Below are positions 9,663 through 19,406 of a stretch of 64,000 bases of DNA, in pieces. Every line of letters starts with the position of its first letter. Position 1 is the stretch's first letter. The stretch comes from an uncultured Pseudomonadota bacterium (GTDB lineage: Bacteria; Myxococcota_A; Polyangia; Fen-1088). A program made the translations under genes and the position numbers. The stretch covers positions 492,298 through 556,297 of the forward strand of contig CAVZYM010000004.1 in assembly GCA_963779495.1 (NCBI GenBank), read 5' to 3'. Below the pieces are notes generated by a model. That model ran no database searches and was not told the DNA's origin. It saw only the letters and a list, made by a program, of their open reading frames with translations.

Positions 9663-10408
9663 TCTTCTTTTTCGGCGAGCTTCGTCTTCATCTTCTTCAG
9701 GAGGGCGTCGAACCCGTCCCGGTTGATGATCTTGTTGAACTCCGCGCGGTAGTTCTCGAGCATGCTCTGCTCGTCGGTGACGACGTCGTAGACCACCCAG
9801 TGGTCCCCGCGCCAGAGCGTCTTGTACTCGAGGGCGATCTTGACCTTCTTGCCGCGGGCGGTGGTGAGCAGCGTGCCGGTCACCGTCGCCTCGTTGCCGG
9901 CCTTCTCTTCCTTCTCGTACTTGATGGTGTAGCTCGCGCTGCCGCCGTGCAGCTGCCTGAGGTAGCTGCGCTCGACCAGCTCGCGCAGCGTGTCGGTGAA
10001 CTCCGTACGCTGCTTGGGGGCCAGGTTGTCCCAGTGCTTGGCGAGCGCCCGCTTGCCGAGCTCCGCGTAGTCCAGGAACCCACCCACCAGCTTGCGGACC
10101 TCCTCGCGCTGCAGCTCCGCCTCGGGCGTCCAGTTCGGCTTGCTCTTCTGGAGCAGCTTGTCGAGCTTCTCGTTCGAGCGCTTCAGCTCGGCCATCGGAC
10201 TGGACGAAGCGGGGGGGGGCTCGGACTTGGGGGCGCCGTCCGCTGGTTTTGCGTCGGCCTTGGCGTCCGGCTTGGTGTCCGCCTTGGCAGCTTTGGCGTC
10301 CGGTTTGGCCGCCGCCTTTGCGGGTTTGGCGGCGGCCGGCTTGGCGGCCTTGGCGGGTGTCCCTCCGTCCGCGGCGGCGAGGAGCATCAGCAGCATCAGC
10401 GTCGACAT
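9659..10408 (-). CDS. MlaC/Ttg2D-family phospholipid-binding periplasmic protein
   Basis: LDYAELGKRALAKHW...W.VYDVVTDEQSMLENYRAEFNKII...GFDALL. Confidence 0.88.
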   Translation of the reverse strand: MSTLMLLMLLAAADGGTPAKAAKPAAAKPAKAAAKPDAKAAKADTKPDAKADAKPADGAPKSEPPPASSSPMAELKRSNEKLDKLLQKSKPNWTPEAELQREEVRKLVGGFLDYAELGKRALAKHWDNLAPKQRTEFTDTLRELVERSYLRQLHGGSASYTIKYEKEEKAGNEATVTGTLLTTARGKKVKIALEYKTLWRGDHWVVYDVVTDEQSMLENYRAEFNKIINRDGFDALLKKMKTKLAEKEE

Positions 10409-10528
10409 GTGGCCCCTTTCATACAGTGGACGGCACCCGGAGGAAAGTTATGCAGCCCACGCCGTGCGACCCGGTCAAGGCGCCCAAACGTATGCAGCGA
10501 ACGACGCCGCGTGCTACCGTGATAGGCG

Positions 10529-12785
10529 ATGTCAGCGTCGGACGGTCACAACGGCTTCGACGCTAAGGGCTGGCTTTCGCAGGCCACCACGGAGATCCGC
10601 GACGGCTTCGCGCGCAATCGCCGCGTGATGTCGTTCGACGAGTACCTGGCCCTGTTCGGGACCGACCCGGCCCGCCAGCTGCGCTCGGCCGGGCAGTACC
10701 TGCGCGACGTGTTCGACCACTTCGGGACCGAGACGGTGCGGACACCCCGGGGTCCGATGATCCGCTGGCGCCTCTTCGACTGCCCCTGGGACGGGGGCAA
10801 GGATGCCCTGATGGGGCAGGAGGAGATCCAGGCGTCGGTCTATCGCCTGGTGTCGAACTTCGCGCGCGAAGGGCGAACCAACCGCCTCATCCTCCTGCAC
10901 GGCCCCAACGGCAGCGCCAAGTCGACCTTCGTCGCCTGCCTGCAGCGCGGGATGGAGCACTACTCGTCGCTCGACGAGGGGGCGCTCTACCGGTTCAACT
11001 GGATCTTCCCCTCGCAGAAGCTGACCAAGGGGGGCATCGGGTTCGGGGGCGGGTTCGAGCACGGCGCGCAGCGAGACCTTCGCCTACCTGGAAGACGAGC
11101 TGGTCGAGTCGAAGATCTCCGACGAGATGCGCGACCACCCGCTGCTGCTGTTGCCGCGCACCAAGCGCCGGATGCTGATCGACGCGCGGCTGTCGGCGGT
11201 CGAAAGGGCCGGCTTCAAGCCCGCGGACTACCTGCTGCGCGGGGACCTGTCGCACCGCAACCGCCAGATCTTCGAGGCGCTGCTGTCGTCGTATCACGGC
11301 GATCTCGCCAAGGTGCTGCGCCACGTCCAGGTCGAGCGTTTCTTCGTGTCGCGGCGCTACCGCCAGGCGGCGGCCACCGTCGAGCCGCAGCTGGCGGTCG
11401 ATGCGCGGTCGAAGCAGCTGACGATGGATCGCTCGCTCGGCTCGCTGCCGCCGGCGCTGCAGTCGCTGACGCTCTACGAGTACCAGGGGGAGCTGGTCGA
11501 CGGAAACCGGGGCGTGATCGACTTCGCCGATCTGCTCAAGCGCCCGATCGAGTCGTACAAGTACCTGCTCGGCACCGTCGAGCAGGGGCGGGTGTCGCTC
11601 GACGTCGCCAGCCTCGAGCTCGACACCGTCTTCATCGGCTCGTCGAACGAGGGCTACCTGGCCGCGTTCAAGGAGATTCCCGAGTTCCAGTCGTTCAAGG
11701 GGCGGATGGAGCTGGTGCGCGTCCCCTACCTGCTCGACTACCGGGTCGAGCAGCAGATCTACGAGGCGCAGATCCGGGCCGCCCACGCCGAGTCGGGCAA
11801 GCACGTCGCCCCGCACGTCTCCTGGGTGACGGCGCTGTGGGCGGTGCTGACCCGGATGAGGAAGCCGCTGGCCGAGAAGTACGGCAAGGCGCTCTCCGAC
11901 GTCGTCGTCAAGCTGGGTCCGCTGGAGAAGGCGCAGCTCTACGCCGACAACGCCATGCCCGAGGGGCTGACCACCGAGCAGCAGCGTGACCTTCTGAGCG
12001 GGATCGACAAGGTGGCGCGCGAGTCGGACAACTACCCCAACTACGAGGGGCGCACCGGCGCCTCGCCGCGCGAGATGAAGATGATCATCATGAACGCGGC
12101 GCAGAGCACCAAGCACGCCTGCCTGTCGCCGTTCGCGGTGTTCGACGAGCTGGAGGAGCTGGTCCGGGGCGTGACGGTCTACGAGTTCCTCAAGCAGGAG
12201 CCGCTCCCCGGCGGCTTCCACGAGAACCGCAAGTTCATCTTCCAGGTGCGCGACAAGCTGATCGACAAGATCGACGACGAGGTGCGGACGTCGATGGGCC
12301 TGGTCGACGAGCGCCGCTACATCGACCGCTTCGAGCGCTACGCCGCCCACGTCTCGTACTGGGTCAAGCGCGAGAAGGTGCCGAATCCGATCACCGGCCG
12401 CGACGAGGATCCCGACGAGGACATGATGGCCGAGGTCGAGCGGATCCTGCAGGTCACCAGCCGCCGCGACGAGTTCCGGCGCGAGGTGATCAGCCGGATC
12501 GGCGCCTGGTCGATCGACCACCCGCGCCAGCGGCCCGACTACGAGCAGATCTTCCCGCGGCCGATCATCGAGCTGCGCGAGTCGTTCTTCGATGAGCGCA
12601 AGAAGCAGGTCCGCAAGATCAACGAGGACCTGCTGGTGCTGCTGACCGACGGCCCGTCGCACATGCAGCCCGATGCCGCGAACGCCTCCGCCACCACCCT
12701 GGCGACCATGAAGTCCCGCTTCGGCTACTGCGACAACTGCGCGAAGGACGCGGTCCTGGCGCTGATCCGCAAGCGCTACAGCTGA
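10529..12785 (+). CDS. prkA: PrkA/YeaG-family AAA serine protein kinase (one frameshift near 11065)
   Basis: LLHGPNGSAKST Walker A; GELVDGNRG..FADLLKRP; YEGRTGASPRE; ORFs 10529.. and 11127.. join. Confidence 0.88.
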
Positions 12786-12807
12786 GCGTCAGACCCTGCC
12801 TCTGAGC

Positions 12808-12847
12808 TCCTTCTCCCCGCTTGCGGGGAGAAGGACGGGATGAGGGG
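12808..12847. repeat. REP-like palindrome / possible bidirectional terminator between convergent genes
   Basis: TCCTTCTCCCCGC-TT-GCGGGGAGAAGGA perfect 13-bp inverted repeat followed by CGGGATGAGGGG. Confidence 0.65.
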
Positions 12848-12849
12848 TC

Positions 12850-14382
12850 TTACGGGGCGCCGCGGGGGGGGAGGGCGGTGGGGGCGGGGGCTGGCTCGCT
12901 GGTCGTGGCCACCGTCGCCTCGCGGCCGGCAGACAGGCGGTCAACGGTCTCGAGCAGGTTCGCGGCCAGGTCGCGGGCGATCGGCAGGTCGCGGGCGATG
13001 GTCCGCGAGACCTCGCGGCCGCGCTTGCGCTCCTCGGCCGAGCTGGGGTTGGCCAGCGCGCGCCGGTAGTCGAACGTGTGCAGGATCTGCAGACGGATCG
13101 AGTCGGCGACGCGGGCGACGAGATCGTGCTCGTCGGCGCCGAGAGCGCTCTGGGGCCACTCGCGCCAGCCGTTCGTACCCAGCACCCAGAGCCGGCCGAG
13201 ATCGCCGAACCCGCCGGCGGCGCCCTGCGCGGACGCCTTTGCCGCGGGCACGAGCGGCGCAGGCTTGGGGAGGTCCTCGATCACCGCCACCCGCCGATCG
13301 TCGAGCGGGAACTGCCGACCGTAGACGTGATAGAGGAGCGCGCCCGCGTCGGTGATCTCCACGCGCACGACCAGGCCGCCGAGGTCGAACATCGGCAGCG
13401 TCCCCGCCTGCAGCACCTCCTTGACCCGCTCGCGGTCGCCGGGACCGAGCGAGCCGGGCGAGCCGTCGGCGGCGATGGCCCGCGGAATGCGCTTCTTCTT
13501 GCGCATGAAGTCGACCAGCTGGTCGATCCCGACCACGACGTTCAGCGCCCCGTGCCCCTTGTAGCCGGCGTGGTAGACGCCGACCAGCTCCAGATCGCGC
13601 GAGCGGCAAGAGGTCGCCAGCACGGGGCTGCCCGAATTTCCCTCCGAGAGCAGGGCGTCGATCACGAAGTCGATGTGGTCCCAGCCCTGCTCCTGATCCC
13701 GATCGTACGGGTTCACGACCTTGCCGCTCGACACGGCCTGCATGACCCCCAGCGGGAAGCCGCGCACGATCACCGCGTTCCCCTGGCGCAGGGCCGCGCT
13801 CTTGCCGACCTTGTAAGGGAGCACGGTGAGCTTCTGATTCGTCTTCAGGATCGCGGCGTCGAGCAGCGGGTCGACCGCCACCCGCTGCAGCACGATCTGC
13901 CCGGGGTCGTAGTCGTCGCGCTCGTCGCGCACGATCCGCAGCCGCTCCTCGACCCGCTTGCACCCCTCGGGGACGCCGTCGATCCGGTGCTGGCCGTCGG
14001 TCACCTCGGGCCAGGACGCGACGTGCTCGTTGGTGAGCAGGTAGGTGTCGTTGCCGGAGGACTCGTATGCGAAGGCGCTGCCGAGCTCGCTCGCCTGCAC
14101 GTGGCGGCGGCGCAGCTTGCCGTCGGGGCCGAAGAACGGGCACTCGTACTTGGCGGTGCTGCGAACCAGGTAGCTGTACTGGCTCTTCGGTCCCTGCTCG
14201 ACGTCGCGGCTGCGCACCGACTGCACCTGGAGCGTGTCGGCGTACTCCCCCTCGCAGGCCAGCCCGGGGGTCGCCGAGAGGCGCGACCTGGTGACGAGGT
14301 CGAAGGCGATCCCGATGACGATCAGCACGCCCAGGAGCGGCAGCCACCGCGGCGCCCAGCCCTGAATGGTTCGTAACTTCAT
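12850..14382 (-). CDS. membrane-anchored trypsin-like (S1) serine protease
   Basis: N-terminal TM helix; LTNEHV, DAAIL, EGNSGSPV triad motifs; start MKLRTIQ at 14382. Confidence 0.88.
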   Translation of the reverse strand: MKLRTIQGWAPRWLPLLGVLIVIGIAFDLVTRSRLSATPGLACEGEYADTLQVQSVRSRDVEQGPKSQYSYLVRSTAKYECPFFGPDGKLRRRHVQASELGSAFAYESSGNDTYLLTNEHVASWPEVTDGQHRIDGVPEGCKRVEERLRIVRDERDDYDPGQIVLQRVAVDPLLDAAILKTNQKLTVLPYKVGKSAALRQGNAVIVRGFPLGVMQAVSSGKVVNPYDRDQEQGWDHIDFVIDALLSEGNSGSPVLATSCRSRDLELVGVYHAGYKGHGALNVVVGIDQLVDFMRKKKRIPRAIAADGSPGSLGPGDRERVKEVLQAGTLPMFDLGGLVVRVEITDAGALLYHVYGRQFPLDDRRVAVIEDLPKPAPLVPAAKASAQGAAGGFGDLGRLWVLGTNGWREWPQSALGADEHDLVARVADSIRLQILHTFDYRRALANPSSAEERKRGREVSRTIARDLPIARDLAANLLETVDRLSAGREATVATTSEPAPAPTALPPRGAP

Positions 14383-14432
14383 CGGGGGCCCGATTTCAGC
14401 GTAGCATGGGGCGCTTTCGGACTCCCACATTC

Positions 14433-14466
14433 CCCCGCGAATCTCCCCGCGAATCCCCCGCGAATC
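14433..14466 (+). repeat. 3x direct repeat CCCCGCGAATC directly before the DAC gene start
   Basis: Copies at 14433, 14445 and 14456; ATG at 14467. Confidence 0.75.
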
Positions 14467-15360
14467 ATGGCCAAGACAGCGACGGCGACACAGACCGACA
14501 TCATCCGCGCGGCGATCGGCCTCGCGAGCAAAAAGAGCGTCGACCACCTGCTCTACGTGGGCGATCTCCCTCTCCCCGAGGAGCTGTTTCGCGGCAAGCC
14601 GCGGGCCCGCAAGAAGCTGGTGCAGGCGGTCGTGGGCGAGAGCCAGCGCGAGGTGATCGCGGCGACGGGCGTCACCGTCCTGCCGCTGCCCCAGTACGAC
14701 CTCGGCCGTCCCGAGAAGCTGAAGATCGCGCTCGTGAGCGGCATCGCGCGCGGGCTCTACAAGGAGGGGGACGTGGTGGTGAGCCTGCTGGCGCGCAAGC
14801 CGGCCGCGCTCCCGGACTCGATCCTGGTCGTCACGGTCGGACAGGAGGAGGAGGAGGGCTCGTTCGGCTTCCTGCAGGCCGACGGCGTCTCGGCGGGGGT
14901 GATGGACGCGCTGATCGAGCTGGCCGTCAGCATCGGCGTCGAGGGGTGGGAGGGGAGGCCGGTGGGGGCGCTGTTCGTCATCGGCGACTCGAACACCGTG
15001 ATGGAGAAGTCGCGGCAGCTGACGTTGAACCCCTTTCAGGGCTACTCCGAGGACGAGAAGAACATCATGAACCCCGACGTACGCCACGCGCTGCATGCGT
15101 TCGCGGTGCTCGACGGCGCGTTCATCGTTCGCGAGGACGGCGTCGTCGTGGCCGCGGGACGCTACCTGAACTTCGACGACGAGAAGGAGCTCGACGTCCC
15201 GCTGGGGCTGGGGGCGCGGCACATGGCGGCGGCCGGCATCTCGCGCGACTCGGAGGCGATCGCGATCGTCGTCTCCCAGACCTCCGGCTCGGTGCGCGTG
15301 TTCCGGGGCGGCAAGCCGGTCATGGAGTTGGCGCCGCGCATGCGAAGCAGAAGATCTTGA
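14467..15360 (+). CDS. diadenylate cyclase (DAC/DisA_N domain, DacZ-like architecture)
   Basis: EG(W)EGRPVGALFVIGD, NPFQG, LDGAFIV, GLGARHMAAAGIS, VVSQTSG. Confidence 0.88.
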   Translation: MAKTATATQTDIIRAAIGLASKKSVDHLLYVGDLPLPEELFRGKPRARKKLVQAVVGESQREVIAATGVTVLPLPQYDLGRPEKLKIALVSGIARGLYKEGDVVVSLLARKPAALPDSILVVTVGQEEEEGSFGFLQADGVSAGVMDALIELAVSIGVEGWEGRPVGALFVIGDSNTVMEKSRQLTLNPFQGYSEDEKNIMNPDVRHALHAFAVLDGAFIVREDGVVVAAGRYLNFDDEKELDVPLGLGARHMAAAGISRDSEAIAIVVSQTSGSVRVFRGGKPVMELAPRMRSRRS

Positions 15361-15404
15361 TGGTGAGCGCGCCGAATTTGCCGCTCCCCAGGGTTCCATA
15401 TACG

Positions 15405-16583
15405 ATGCCGGCAGTGCGTAGACGCGCCCCCCTCGTAGGCGTAGCGGTGTTTGTCACGGCCCTGATCGCAGGCGTCGTACCCGCCCGCGCCGAAGACGCG
15501 CAGAAGGCGCGCGATCTGTTCCAGCAGGGGACGACCTACTACGACCTGGGACAGTTCGACAAAGCGATCGAGGCCTGGCAGGCCGGCTACCGAGAGAAGG
15601 CCGACCCCGGCTTCCTCTACAACATCGCCCAGGCCTACCGCGTCGCTGGCGACGCCCAGAAGGCGATCTTCTTCTACAAGGGCTACCTGCGGAACTCGCC
15701 CAAGGCCCACAACCGGGTCGAGGTGGAGCAGAAGGTCGCGGCGCTGCAGAAGCAGCTCGACGATCAGAAGGCCGGCAAGCCGGTGACGCCGCCGCCGGGC
15801 ACGCCGCCGCCGGTCGCGCCGCGCCCGCCGGTCGCCACCACGCCGCCGCCGGTCGCGCCGCGCCCGCCTGTGGCCGCAACGCCGCCGGTCGCGCCGCGCC
15901 CGCCGGTCGCCACCACGCCGCCCCCCGCGACCACGCCGCCGCCGGCCAATACGCCGGCGGTCATCGTGACCTCGCCGCCGCCGCCCAGCTTCACCGATCC
16001 GAACGCGGCGCCGCCGCCGGTGCTCGCGACGGAGGCCCCGCCCCCGATGATGGCCCCCGCCAACACGCGCATCGACGTGCTGGCCGCGATCGGTACCGAC
16101 GTCTGGTTGTCGGGCGTGCAGGGGACCGCCAACCCGTCCTTCGCGTTCACGCTGGGGGGTGGGTACAGGTTCGGCGATCCGAGCGCCCGCTACCGGTTCC
16201 GGATGGGCGTCCTGTTCGGCTACACCTTCCTCAGTGAGGAGGCGTCGAAGGAGCACTTCCTCTCGTTCATGTTCGACCCGACCCTCGAGGTGCGGGTGGC
16301 CGAGCGCTGGCTCCTGACCGCCGACCTCGGTCTCGGCGTCCTGGCGATCACCGGTCTCAAGCCCAGCTCGGCGCTGCTGGTGCAGACCCCGGGCGACCCG
16401 CTCGTGATCAAGGGCGCCCAGGGGCTGGGGCTGGTGCGTCTGGGGGTCGGCGTGCACTACCAGATCCTCCCGGAGCTATCGCTGTTCGCCTGGCCGGCGA
16501 TCGCGAACAGCGCGAAGAAGGAACACTTCTACAAGCAGCTCACGCGCTTCGAGATCCTGGCCGGGGCCGCCTACAGGTTTTAG
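15405..16583 (+). CDS. exported tetratricopeptide-repeat protein with Pro-rich linker and C-terminal beta-barrel-like region
   Basis: Signal peptide; ARDLFQQG...FLYNIAQAYR...YL TPR; terminal aromatic (YRF). Confidence 0.8.
   Translation: MPAVRRRAPLVGVAVFVTALIAGVVPARAEDAQKARDLFQQGTTYYDLGQFDKAIEAWQAGYREKADPGFLYNIAQAYRVAGDAQKAIFFYKGYLRNSPKAHNRVEVEQKVAALQKQLDDQKAGKPVTPPPGTPPPVAPRPPVATTPPPVAPRPPVAATPPVAPRPPVATTPPPATTPPPANTPAVIVTSPPPPSFTDPNAAPPPVLATEAPPPMMAPANTRIDVLAAIGTDVWLSGVQGTANPSFAFTLGGGYRFGDPSARYRFRMGVLFGYTFLSEEASKEHFLSFMFDPTLEVRVAERWLLTADLGLGVLAITGLKPSSALLVQTPGDPLVIKGAQGLGLVRLGVGVHYQILPELSLFAWPAIANSAKKEHFYKQLTRFEILAGAAYRF
15790..15945 (+). repeat. coding tandem repeat, about 3x PPPVAPRPPVATT
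   Basis: Repeated ccgccggtcgcgccgcgcccgccggtcgccaccacg units in the TPR gene linker. Confidence 0.7.
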
Positions 16584-16593
16584 AAGGTCGTCC

Positions 16594-17310
16594 GTGCAGT
16601 GCGTGATCCTGGCCGGCGGGTTGGCGACCCGGATGAGGCCGCTGACCGAGCAGATCCCGAAGGCGCTGATTCCCGTCGAGGGGACGCCGTTCATCGACCA
16701 CCAGCTGGCCTGGCTGGCGGCACACGGCGTCGACGAGGTGGTGCTGTCGATCGGCTACCGGGGCGACATGCTGCGCGCCCACGTCGGCGACGGGGCGCGC
16801 CACGGGCTCATCGCTCGCTACGTGGACGAGGGGCCGAACCTGCGCGGGACGGCCGGAGCGCTGCGCCTGGCGCTGGACGAGGGGGCGCTCCGCGAGTCGT
16901 TCCTGCTGACGTACGGCGACTCGTTCCTGCCGGTCGACTTCGGTGAGGTGTTCGCGGCGTTCGAGGGGGCAGGGACGCCGGCGCTCATGACCGTGTTCCG
17001 CAACGAGGGGCGCTGGGACACCAGCAATGTCATCTTCGACGGCCGGATGGTGACCCTCTACGACAAGCAGCGCCGGGCTCGGCCGGCGGACGAGTTCACC
17101 TTCATCGACTACGGTCTGCTGGCCCTGGAACGTCGGGTGATCGCCGACGCGATCCCGTCGGGCGCCAAGGCCGATCTGGCCGGGCTGCTCTTCGATCTCA
17201 GCGTCCGCGGCGCGCTGGCCGGGCTGGAGGTCCACGAGCGGTTCTACGAGATCGGGTCACCCGTCGGGCTGGAGGATTTCGCAGCGTGGGTGAGGCTGCG
17301 GCGCGGGTGA
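16594..17310 (+). CDS. sugar-1-phosphate nucleotidyltransferase (HddC/LmbO-like)
   Basis: ILAGGLATRMRPLT..PKALIPV, GTAGAL, LTYGDSFL, FYEIGS. Confidence 0.9.
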   Translation: MQCVILAGGLATRMRPLTEQIPKALIPVEGTPFIDHQLAWLAAHGVDEVVLSIGYRGDMLRAHVGDGARHGLIARYVDEGPNLRGTAGALRLALDEGALRESFLLTYGDSFLPVDFGEVFAAFEGAGTPALMTVFRNEGRWDTSNVIFDGRMVTLYDKQRRARPADEFTFIDYGLLALERRVIADAIPSGAKADLAGLLFDLSVRGALAGLEVHERFYEIGSPVGLEDFAAWVRLRRG

Positions 17311-17882
17311 GCCACGCACTCATCGTCCTCGACCGCGACGGTGTGCTGAACCGCCTGCTGCCGAACCCCGCCGAGCCGCGCCCGGACAGCCCGATGCGCG
17401 CGGCCGAGGTGAGCGTCTTTCCCTGGGTCTCCGAGACCCTGCGGGCGCTCGGGCGCGCCGGCTACGGGCTGGTGATCGCCAGCAACCAGCCGGCCTGGGC
17501 CAAGGGGAAGACGACCCGCGCCGACCTCGAGGCGGCGCATGCGGTGGTGCTGCGCGAGGCGCAGGCGGGGGGCGCCGTCATCTTGAGCTCCCACATCTGT
17601 TTCCACCGCGCCGAGGACGGCTGCGCCTGTCGCAAGCCGGCGATCGGCCTCCTGACCGAGGCGTTCGCGCGCAACCCCGGCTACGATCCCGCGCTCTCCT
17701 GGATGGTCGGCGATCGCGCCCCCGACATGATCGCCGGCGCCGCGTTCGGCCTGCGGACCGCGCTGCTGGGCGACGCGTCGGGCGAGGAGCGGGCGGCGCT
17801 GGCGGGACGTGGCCTCGAACCTTCCTTTCACGGGCGTGATTTGCGAGACTTCGCGCGCCTGCTCCTTAGACCCGCGCCCTAG
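17307..17882 (+). CDS. gmhB: HAD sugar-bisphosphate phosphatase (GmhB-like)
   Basis: LDRDGVLN, SNQP, C.H..C.CRKP, WMVGD; GTGA overlap with upstream gene. Confidence 0.85.
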   Translation: MSHALIVLDRDGVLNRLLPNPAEPRPDSPMRAAEVSVFPWVSETLRALGRAGYGLVIASNQPAWAKGKTTRADLEAAHAVVLREAQAGGAVILSSHICFHRAEDGCACRKPAIGLLTEAFARNPGYDPALSWMVGDRAPDMIAGAAFGLRTALLGDASGEERAALAGRGLEPSFHGRDLRDFARLLLRPAP

Positions 17883-17888
17883 CCGATC

Positions 17889-19406
17889 ATGTCCTTCCTC
17901 GCCACCCCCCGCCCGCGTCTCCGCCGGTGGCTGGGGCTGGCGGCCCTGATGCTGGTGGTGGCCGTCGCCTACGTCTTCTTCGCGTCCGCGAGCCGGATGC
18001 GGGACTGGCCGACCCACACCACCTTCATCAATGACCAGGCCGACGGGTTTCGCGCGGGTCACCTCCACATGGCGGTCGAACCGCCCGCCGCGCTGCTGGC
18101 CAAACCCGATCCGTTCGACGGCGCCAACCGGCCGCTCTGGTACTGGGACGCCAGCCTCTACAACGGGCACTACTACATCTACTGGGGGCCGGTGCCCTCG
18201 TTGCTGCTGGCGGTCGTGAAGACCGTCTTCCGGATCTCGGCCTCGATCCCCGACCAGTTTCCGGTGTACGCGCTGGCGCTGTTGCAGACGCTGGCGGGGA
18301 TGCTGCTCATCGACCGGCTGGCGCGGCGCCTCTGGCCCGACCTGCCGTTCCGCGCGGTCGCGCTCGCCGCGCTGGTGTTCGCGTTCGCCACACCGACGCC
18401 GTACAACCTGATCCGGCCGGCGGTCTACGAGGCGGCGATCGTCGGCGGACACGCGTTCGCGCTGCTCGGGGTCGTGTTCGCCTTCGACGCTGTGAGCGCG
18501 GAGGGGGAGGGGCGCCGCACCCGCTGGCCGCTGCTGGCGACGGGCATCGCCTGGATGCTGGCGCTCGGGTGCCGGCTGTCGATCGCGCTGATGATGCCGC
18601 CGGCGATCTTGCTGACGGCGTTCTACGCCTCCGGGGCCACGCTGCGCGGGCGCTGGCTGCGCAACTTTCAGGCGCTGCTCTGGCTCGGGACGCCGGTGGC
18701 GCTCGGCGTGTTCGGGCTCCTGGCCTACAACAAGGCCCGGTTCGGCGCCTGGAGCGACTTCGGACAGGCCCGCCAGCTGACCTGGCTGCCGTTCACCATG
18801 TCCGCGGCGTTCGTCCCCTCGAACATCTTCTCGTACGCGCTGCGCCCGATGCCGCTGTCGTGCAAGTTTCCGTTCCTGATCGTCACCGAGGCGTTCGGGG
18901 CGCGGGCGTTCCCGTCCTGGTTTCATCCGCCCGCCGGCTACCACGTCGGCGAGCCGCTGGGCGGCCTGTTCCTGACCGCGCCGTGGACCTGGTTCCTACC
19001 GGTCGCCGCGGTGGTCGGGGCGCGGTCCGTCTGGCGGAGCCGGCGCAATCCGGTTGCGCGCGCCGACACGCTGCGTGTGAACCACCTGACGCTCACCCTC
19101 GGCGCCATGATCGCCTGCGGCATGCTGGCCGAGCTGCCGCTCTGGACCGGGACGATGCGCTACCTGGGCGACGTCGTCGGCTTCGCCATCGTGCTGGCGA
19201 CGATGGGCGCGTGGTGGTTGCGCGCGTGGCTCCGGGATCGCGCCGGCGCGCGGCGGGTCGTCGTCGCCCTGGCCACGATCCTGGGGATCGCGACCATCCT
19301 TCTCGGGATCCTGCTGGGGATGCAGGGGCAGTACGGGCACGTGCGCCTCACGAATCCGGCGCTGATGGACAAGCTCGAGAAGCGGCTGTCGGTCTGCCGG
19401 CACTAG
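17889..19406 (+). CDS. polytopic membrane protein, GT-C-like glycosyltransferase (paralog A)
   Basis: Many TM helices; QADGFRAGHL...WDASLYNGHYYIYWGP loop, VYEAAI, YNKARFG, TMRYLGD shared with paralogs B and C. Confidence 0.7.
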   Translation: MSFLATPRPRLRRWLGLAALMLVVAVAYVFFASASRMRDWPTHTTFINDQADGFRAGHLHMAVEPPAALLAKPDPFDGANRPLWYWDASLYNGHYYIYWGPVPSLLLAVVKTVFRISASIPDQFPVYALALLQTLAGMLLIDRLARRLWPDLPFRAVALAALVFAFATPTPYNLIRPAVYEAAIVGGHAFALLGVVFAFDAVSAEGEGRRTRWPLLATGIAWMLALGCRLSIALMMPPAILLTAFYASGATLRGRWLRNFQALLWLGTPVALGVFGLLAYNKARFGAWSDFGQARQLTWLPFTMSAAFVPSNIFSYALRPMPLSCKFPFLIVTEAFGARAFPSWFHPPAGYHVGEPLGGLFLTAPWTWFLPVAAVVGARSVWRSRRNPVARADTLRVNHLTLTLGAMIACGMLAELPLWTGTMRYLGDVVGFAIVLATMGAWWLRAWLRDRAGARRVVVALATILGIATILLGILLGMQGQYGHVRLTNPALMDKLEKRLSVCRH

